Assembly: GCA_963760615.1 (NCBI GenBank)
Contig: CAVXDX010000008.1
Location: 148,722 to 212,721 of the forward strand
DNA length: 64,000 nt
Direction: 5' to 3'
DNA from: an uncultured Candidatus Micrarchaeota archaeon
GTDB lineage: Archaea > Micrarchaeota > Micrarchaeia > Burarchaeales > Fermentimicrarchaeaceae
Part shown: positions 58,944 through 64,000 of the stretch, in pieces
Numbering within the stretch: position 1 is the first letter of the stretch
How the letters are laid out: the number at the start of each line of letters is the position of its first letter
Translations under genes and position numbers: made by a program
Notes under the pieces: model-generated
Told to the model about the DNA's origin: nothing
The model's input: the letters and a program-made list of their open reading frames with translations, nothing else
Database searches by the model: none

Positions 58944-59453
58944 ATGTATGACTCTACAGTTACTTTTGTGATTATAACGGTGACAGCCGTGGTCTACTCG
59001 GCGCTATCATTGTATGTAACCCGGTTTCTGGGAAACAGGAAGAGGGTGAAGGAGATTCAAGAAGAGATGAACAGGATAAGCGCGATGCTGAGGAAGGTTG
59101 ATTACAACGATGAGGCAGGCAGGAAAGACGCTGAGAAGGAGCAGGAGAAGATTCCGAAGCTCATGAGCGAGAGTATGATTCTCCAGTTCAAGCCTCTGAT
59201 AGTTCTGCTGCCAATATTTGCGATACTGAGCTACTTCGTGAGGGAGTCCTTCCCGTACTTCGCCATTAAGCTTGGCTTCTCAATACCGACCTTCCCCTAC
59301 TACTGGCTGCTTCTGAGGTTCAACTTTGATACTTTTCCGAACTGGAGGGATGAGTTCGGGACGTTTGGCTGGCTTCTGCTGTGCGTGGTATTCTCAGGCT
59401 TGATAATCCAAGTAGTTGTGGACCAGATGGAAAAGAGAAAGAGGAGCAAGTGA
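58944..59453 (+). CDS. DUF106/EMC3-like (Oxa1 superfamily) membrane protein
   Basis: TM-coiled coil-TM layout; FKPLIV; conserved position after adk. Confidence 0.82.
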   Translation: MYDSTVTFVIITVTAVVYSALSLYVTRFLGNRKRVKEIQEEMNRISAMLRKVDYNDEAGRKDAEKEQEKIPKLMSESMILQFKPLIVLLPIFAILSYFVRESFPYFAIKLGFSIPTFPYYWLLLRFNFDTFPNWRDEFGTFGWLLLCVVFSGLIIQVVVDQMEKRKRSK

Positions 59454-59457
59454 TAAA

Positions 59458-59760
59458 ATGTTGCCAAGGTTTAGAACAAAATCAGTGAGAAAAGTCAAGG
59501 GGAAAGGGGTGAAGTTTCCATTCCGCTACGTGAGGAAAAAGGGCCGGGTGGCCTGCTGCCCGCTCTGCGGCGTAAAGCTTGCTGTCAGAAGGAAGGGCGC
59601 AAAAAGCGAGAGAAGGCCCAGCAGGGCATTTGGTGGGGTTCTGTGCGCAAGGTGCTCATTCGATGTGCTGAAGCTTGCAGGAAAGGTTATGGGAGCGCAC
59701 ATGAAGCTGGAGGATGTTGACATGGCGAGAAGGAAGTTTGTGAGGCAGATGGTGAGATGA
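59458..59760 (+). CDS. rpl34e: 50S ribosomal protein eL34
   Basis: CPLCG..RPSRAFGGVLC. Confidence 0.88.
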   Translation: MLPRFRTKSVRKVKGKGVKFPFRYVRKKGRVACCPLCGVKLAVRRKGAKSERRPSRAFGGVLCARCSFDVLKLAGKVMGAHMKLEDVDMARRKFVRQMVR

Positions 59761-60284
59761 TAATTTGCATATCGGGCCTAGCCGGCTCGGGCAAGAACAC
59801 TGTTGGGGAGATAGTGGCAAAGAAGCTCGGCCTAGATGAGGTAAAACTCTCATTCAAGGATGAGGCTGAGAGGGAGAACATTGATTTGATGACAGTGCAG
59901 AGGGAGGCAACAAAGGACGAGAGCTATGACAGGGAGCTGGACAAGGCGATTGTGAAACGCGCCAAGAAAGGAAATTGCGTTGTGATGACATGGCTTGGCC
60001 CGTGGATAGTGAAGAGTGCAGACCTGAGGGTTTGGCTCAATGTCAGCGAGAAAGAGAGAGCTAAGAGGGTTGCCAAGAGGGACAGGATGGGTTTCAAGAA
60101 AGCGCTTCAGCACATAAGGAAGAGGGATGAGAACAACAGGAGGAGGTACAGGAGGTATTACGGAATTGATATAATGGACCACAGCATATTCGACCTGGAG
60201 ATAAACTCCGATGTTTTCAACCCCCAGCAGATAGCCAGTATAGTCATAAAGGCCGCTGAGGCCAAGCGAGGCGGGAGGAGATAG
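59757..60284 (+). CDS. cmk: Cytidylate kinase (archaeal)
   Basis: ISGLAGSGKNT, RYRRYYGID. Confidence 0.9.
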   Translation: MIICISGLAGSGKNTVGEIVAKKLGLDEVKLSFKDEAERENIDLMTVQREATKDESYDRELDKAIVKRAKKGNCVVMTWLGPWIVKSADLRVWLNVSEKERAKRVAKRDRMGFKKALQHIRKRDENNRRRYRRYYGIDIMDHSIFDLEINSDVFNPQQIASIVIKAAEAKRGGRR

Positions 60285-60292
60285 GTGGTTGC

Positions 60293-60514
60293 ATGGCAGC
60301 TGTTACCGTAGGCAGTGTTTGCATGAAGAACAGGGGGAGGGATGCAGGGAAAAAGTGCATCGTGGTTGGTCTCGTTGACGCCAACTATGTTGAAATTCTC
60401 AGCGCTGCGAGGAAGAAGAGAAGGAAGTGCAACGTCCGCCACATCGAGATTCTTGGCGAGAAAATTGAACTCAAGGCGACTGATGAGGAAACTAGAAAAC
60501 TCATTGAGGGATGA
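60293..60514 (+). CDS. rpl14e: 50S ribosomal protein eL14
   Basis: VCMKNRGRDAGKKC, RKCNVRHIE. Confidence 0.92.
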   Translation: MAAVTVGSVCMKNRGRDAGKKCIVVGLVDANYVEILSAARKKRRKCNVRHIEILGEKIELKATDEETRKLIEG

Positions 60515-61470
60515 ACTTGCAGGAAGCATTGGTAAAAATTGAGGAGGGAAGTGACGAAAGATACGGGAAACGCCCCAAGGAAAGGGGAATTGGGGAGCTC
60601 ATGGAATCCGGCATTGTGCTCGTTGACAAGCCGCAGGGCCCCTCAAGCCACGAGGTGACCTCCTGGGTGAGGAAGATGCTCAACGCATCAAAAGCAGGGC
60701 ATTCCGGCACTCTGGACCCGAATGTGAGCGGCGTTCTTCCCGTGGGGCTCAATGCTGCGACACGGGCCATGGGGGTAATGCTCAAAAGCTCCAAGGAGTA
60801 TGTGGGGATAATTAAGTTCCACTGTGATGTAAGCGAGGATAAGGTGAATGCTATTTTCAACAAATTCAGCGGAGAAGTGGAGCAGATGCCGCCGGTGAAA
60901 TCCGCCGTGAGGAGAGTGCTCAGGAAGAGAAAGGTTTATTACCTTGAAGCTCTAGAATTTAATGGAAGAGAAGTCCTCTTTAGAGTCGGATGCGAGGCTG
61001 GAACCTATATCAGGAAGCTCTGCTTTGATATGGGGGAGGAATTAGGATGCGGAGCTAATATGCTCGAACTGAGGAGGACGAGGGTTGGCGGGCTTGATGA
61101 GAGCCGCATCTCAAAGCTCCAGGATGTTAAGGACGCTTACTGGCTCTGGAAGGAAAAAGGAGAAGAAAGGGAGATGAGAAGAGTCATCCCCCAAATTGAG
61201 GATGTGCTGGATTTGAAAAAAATCTGGCTGAGGGATTCTGCAATTGAGGCAGTATGCTCAGGGGCAGTCCTTGCAGCACCGGGAATTGCGAAGCTTGATG
61301 GGGGCATAGCTGCCGGTGATAACATCGCGCTTATGAGTCTGAAGGGGGAGCTCGTTGCATTTTCTGCTGCGGAGACGGGCTCTAATGAAATGCTTGCAAT
61401 GAAGAACGGAGTCGTAGCAAAAACAATAAGGGTGATGATGAAAAAAGGTACGTATCCAAAATGCTGGTGA
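60511..61470 (+). CDS. cbf5: Cbf5/TruB pseudouridine synthase
   Basis: DKPQGPSSHEV, GHSGTLDP, EAGTYIRK, PUA domain. Confidence 0.95.
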   Translation: MNLQEALVKIEEGSDERYGKRPKERGIGELMESGIVLVDKPQGPSSHEVTSWVRKMLNASKAGHSGTLDPNVSGVLPVGLNAATRAMGVMLKSSKEYVGIIKFHCDVSEDKVNAIFNKFSGEVEQMPPVKSAVRRVLRKRKVYYLEALEFNGREVLFRVGCEAGTYIRKLCFDMGEELGCGANMLELRRTRVGGLDESRISKLQDVKDAYWLWKEKGEEREMRRVIPQIEDVLDLKKIWLRDSAIEAVCSGAVLAAPGIAKLDGGIAAGDNIALMSLKGELVAFSAAETGSNEMLAMKNGVVAKTIRVMMKKGTYPKCW

Positions 61471-61478
61471 TGAGGTAT

Positions 61479-61579
61479 GCCGGGGTGACGGAATCTGGTC
61501 AACGTGTACGCCTGGAAATAGCCTCCCGGCAAGCGTATGGCCTTCACGGGCCTTATGGGTTCAAATCCCATCCCCGGCG
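61479..61579 (+). tRNA. tRNA-Ser(GGA) with 14-nt canonical 37/38 intron (61518-61531)
   Basis: TACGC-CTGGAA[intron]A-GCGTA; BHB central helix CTGG/CCGG. Confidence 0.92.
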
Positions 61580-61599
61580 TTTATCAAAAGAGTGATGGT

Positions 61600-62205
61600 A
61601 TGGCAAAGAAAACGGAAAAAGCAGTTGAGAGCAGGGCGGAAGCGGCCAGCTCAAAGAAGGAGATAAAGGGAATTGTCAGAATTGCTGGCAAGGATATAAA
61701 GGGAGAGATGAAGTTGCGCAGGGCACTCATGCAGGTTAAGGGCATAGGAGTGACTCTGAGCTCCGCGTTGACGAAGATTGTTTCCACTCAGCTCAGAATT
61801 CCAAGGGACATCATGATTGGGGAGCTGAGCGATGACCAGCTTGATAATCTTGCTGAGATAATAGGCAACCCATCCAAGCACGGCATACCCGAAAGGATGC
61901 TGAATAGGCAGAGGGATGTAGAGACAAGCCAGAGCAGTCACCTCATAGGCGCTGATTTAACCTTCAGGACGAAGCAGGATATAACAAACGCGAAGGATAT
62001 GAACACATGGAAGGGATATAGGCATGCCTACGGACAGAAAGTGAGAGGCCAGAGAACAAGGACAACCGGCAGAACTGGCATGACCGTGGGAGTGCTCAGA
62101 AAGGCAATGCTTGCAAAGGCTGCAGCGGCAAAGGCAGCTGCAGCAACTGGAACTGCAGCTCCTGCAGTTGAGGAGAAGAAGCCCGCTGAAGAGAAGAAGG
62201 AGTGA
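61600..62205 (+). CDS. rps13: 30S ribosomal protein uS13
   Basis: GIVRIAGKD, GQKVRGQRTRTTGRTG. Confidence 0.95.
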   Translation: MAKKTEKAVESRAEAASSKKEIKGIVRIAGKDIKGEMKLRRALMQVKGIGVTLSSALTKIVSTQLRIPRDIMIGELSDDQLDNLAEIIGNPSKHGIPERMLNRQRDVETSQSSHLIGADLTFRTKQDITNAKDMNTWKGYRHAYGQKVRGQRTRTTGRTGMTVGVLRKAMLAKAAAAKAAAATGTAAPAVEEKKPAEEKKE

Positions 62206-62211
62206 TGAGCT

Positions 62212-62763
62212 ATGGGAGACCCGAAAAAACTGAAGAGAAAATATGAATCCCCCCGAAAGATTTGGGACAGCGTAAGGATTGAGGAGGAGCAGAAGCTTCT
62301 GAAGGAATTCGGCCTGAAAAACATGAGGGAGCTCAGAGTTATGCAGAGCGAGCTTAAAAAGATAAGGAGGGAGGCAAGGAGACTGCTCTCAATGGGGGAG
62401 AAGGGAAAGAAGCTCGGCAAGCCCCTGCTGGAGAAGGTTGTGAGGCTCGGCATAGCGAAGCCAGATACTTCCTTGGAAGACCTGCTGTCTCTCACCATAA
62501 TGGATGTTCTTGAGAGAAGGCTGGAGACGAGGGTTTTCAAGAAAGGGCTGGCCCGTTCGATTGAACAGGGCAGGCAGCTCATAGCCCATGGGCACATAGC
62601 AATAGACGGCAGGAGGATGTCCGCACCAAGCTACCTGGTGCCTGTGGATGAGGAGGACAGGATAGGCTACTACAAGAATGTTGAGTTCATTCCAATTGTT
62701 GTAAACAAAGCGAAGGAGGGTGAGAAAGTTGCCGGAAGAGAAGGAAGCGGAAAAGAAGAGTGA
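62212..62763 (+). CDS. rps4: 30S ribosomal protein uS4
   Basis: [21 protein letters not shown]. Confidence 0.95.
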   Translation: MGDPKKLKRKYESPRKIWDSVRIEEEQKLLKEFGLKNMRELRVMQSELKKIRREARRLLSMGEKGKKLGKPLLEKVVRLGIAKPDTSLEDLLSLTIMDVLERRLETRVFKKGLARSIEQGRQLIAHGHIAIDGRRMSAPSYLVPVDEEDRIGYYKNVEFIPIVVNKAKEGEKVAGREGSGKEE

Positions 62764-63193
62764 AGTACCAAGCGCAGCTGAGGAAGAGAAGATTGTCAGG
62801 AAGAGAAGGGAGGAGAGATGGGGAGTTGCAAACATATACTCATCCAAGAACGACACGATAATAACGATAACAGATATAAGCGGCGCAGAGACTGTGGCTG
62901 TGGGAAGCGGCGGAATGATTGTGAAGGCAGACAGGGAGGAAGGCTCACCCTATGCAGCCATGCAGGCCGCCTTCAAGGCTGCCAGCAAAGCGAGGGAGAG
63001 GGGCATAACTGCCGTCCACATAAAGATACGCGCACCCGGCGGGCACGGCAACAAGACGCCAGGTCCTGGTGCTCAGGCGGTTGTGAGGGCGTTGGCGAGG
63101 TCAGGCTTGAGGATAGGCAGCATAGAGGATGTTACGCCAATTCCCACTGATACAACGAAGAGGCCCGGCGGGAGAAGGGGAAGAAGGGTGTAG
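62720..63193 (+). CDS. rps11: 30S ribosomal protein uS11 (start possibly TTG 62729)
   Basis: [27 protein letters not shown]. Confidence 0.95.
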   Translation: MRKLPEEKEAEKKSEVPSAAEEEKIVRKRREERWGVANIYSSKNDTIITITDISGAETVAVGSGGMIVKADREEGSPYAAMQAAFKAASKARERGITAVHIKIRAPGGHGNKTPGPGAQAVVRALARSGLRIGSIEDVTPIPTDTTKRPGGRRGRRV

Positions 63194-63203
63194 GGTGGTT
63201 GTC

Positions 63204-63782
63204 TTGAAAATTGAGGTATTGCGCTCGAAAGGAAATGAAATGGAGTTCGTGCTGAAGGATGCCACAGTAGCATTCGCCAATGCGATGAGAAGGATGGGCA
63301 TGTCCCAGGTGCCTGTGTTCGCCATAGACAGCGTGACGTTCTACGAGAACAACTCCGCTGTGTTCGATGAATACATAGCAAACAGGCTTGGCTTGATTCC
63401 TCTCACCAGCGAGGGTGCTCACAAACCTGATGAGGAAGTGCTGCTGTCCCTTGAGGCAGAAGGTCCGAAAATGGTGTACTCGAAAGGGCTCAAGAGCTCC
63501 AGCCAAAGAGTGAAATGCGTGTATGACAACATACCGGTGATAAAGCTCGGAGAGGATAGGAGAATAAGGCTGGAGGCAAAGGCAAGGATGGGGATGGGCA
63601 TTGAGCATGCAAAGTTTCAGGCGGGGATTGTATCATATGGGTATGAGCCTAACGATAAGAAAAATTTCAAGTTCATAGTTGAATCATTCGGGCAGATCAG
63701 CCCAAAAACGATGCTGCTGAAGGCGGCAGAGGGATTGAAGGGGAAATGTGATGAGTTAAACTCGCAGCTCAAGGATATATAG
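63204..63782 (+). CDS. rpoD: RNA polymerase subunit Rpo3 (D)
   Basis: ANAMRR, RLGLIPL, GIEHAKFQ. Confidence 0.93.
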   Translation: MKIEVLRSKGNEMEFVLKDATVAFANAMRRMGMSQVPVFAIDSVTFYENNSAVFDEYIANRLGLIPLTSEGAHKPDEEVLLSLEAEGPKMVYSKGLKSSSQRVKCVYDNIPVIKLGEDRRIRLEAKARMGMGIEHAKFQAGIVSYGYEPNDKKNFKFIVESFGQISPKTMLLKAAEGLKGKCDELNSQLKDI

Positions 63783-63783
63783 C

Positions 63784-63889
63784 GCGGGGGTGGCAGAGTC
63801 AGGTCAAATGCGCAGGACTGAGGCTCCTGTGCCTTTAGTGGCTGCGTGGGTTCAAACCTTAAGGTTGCCCAAAAATCCCATCCCCCGCA
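63784..63889 (+). tRNA. tRNA-Leu(GAG) with 19-nt T-loop intron at 56/57 (63854-63872)
   Basis: Anticodon arm CAGGA-CTGAGGC-TCCTG; splicing restores T arm GTGGG-TTCAAAT-CCCAT. Confidence 0.9.
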
Positions 63890-63903
63890 TTTTTGGTGAT
63901 TGA

Positions 63904-64000
63904 ATGAAAAGAGGTCCGGAAAGCAAGAGAACACTGGAAACCGTGAACTTCCTGAGAAAGAAGGCTGTGGAGGAGAACGTCAGTATATGGAAGAGGGTTG
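63904..64000 (+). CDS. rpl18e: 50S ribosomal protein eL18, 3'-truncated by window edge
   Basis: MKRGPES...IWKRV; conserved position after rpoD and tRNA-Leu. Confidence 0.85.
   Translation, partial: MKRGPESKRTLETVNFLRKKAVEENVSIWKRV

Overview
Archaeal chromosomal window. It is probably DPANN (Micrarchaeota-like), inferred from the archaeal ribosomal and RNA polymerase gene sets, split rpoB and rpoA, and tRNAs with bulge-helix-bulge (BHB) introns at non-canonical sites. About 31.9-64 kb is core information processing: EF-2/uS7/uS12/NusA/eL30/rpoA2-A1-B1-B2-H on the minus strand, SRP RNA, the L3-to-secY-adk-cmk-cbf5 superoperon and S13-S4-S11-rpoD-L18e. About 0-31.8 kb is mixed metabolism: sulfide-dependent homocysteine trio, aCPSF1, psmB, slyD, tdh-kbl, thyX, glmS, pdxST, uppP, a SufS-type desulfurase, pdaD and a spermidine-synthase fusion. 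That half also holds a type IV pilus-like locus (seven class III signal-peptide genes facing a TPR-AAA ATPase/TadC-like/coiled-coil operon). Not visible in the ORF track: (i) a promoter-preceded, protein-less IS200/IS605 TnpB reRNA-like locus at 18.6-18.8 kb and a 49-bp single-hairpin IS605-like element at 25.6 kb, both preceded by the same 18-mer; (ii) two genes apparently starting at CTG and ACG; (iii) a frameshifted pilin-like gene; (iv) tRNA introns at 20/21, 37/38 and 56/57; (v) the short eL40 and uS14 genes. No rRNA, CRISPR array, integrase or intact transposase was seen. All assignments come from reading motifs by eye; no database searches were run.
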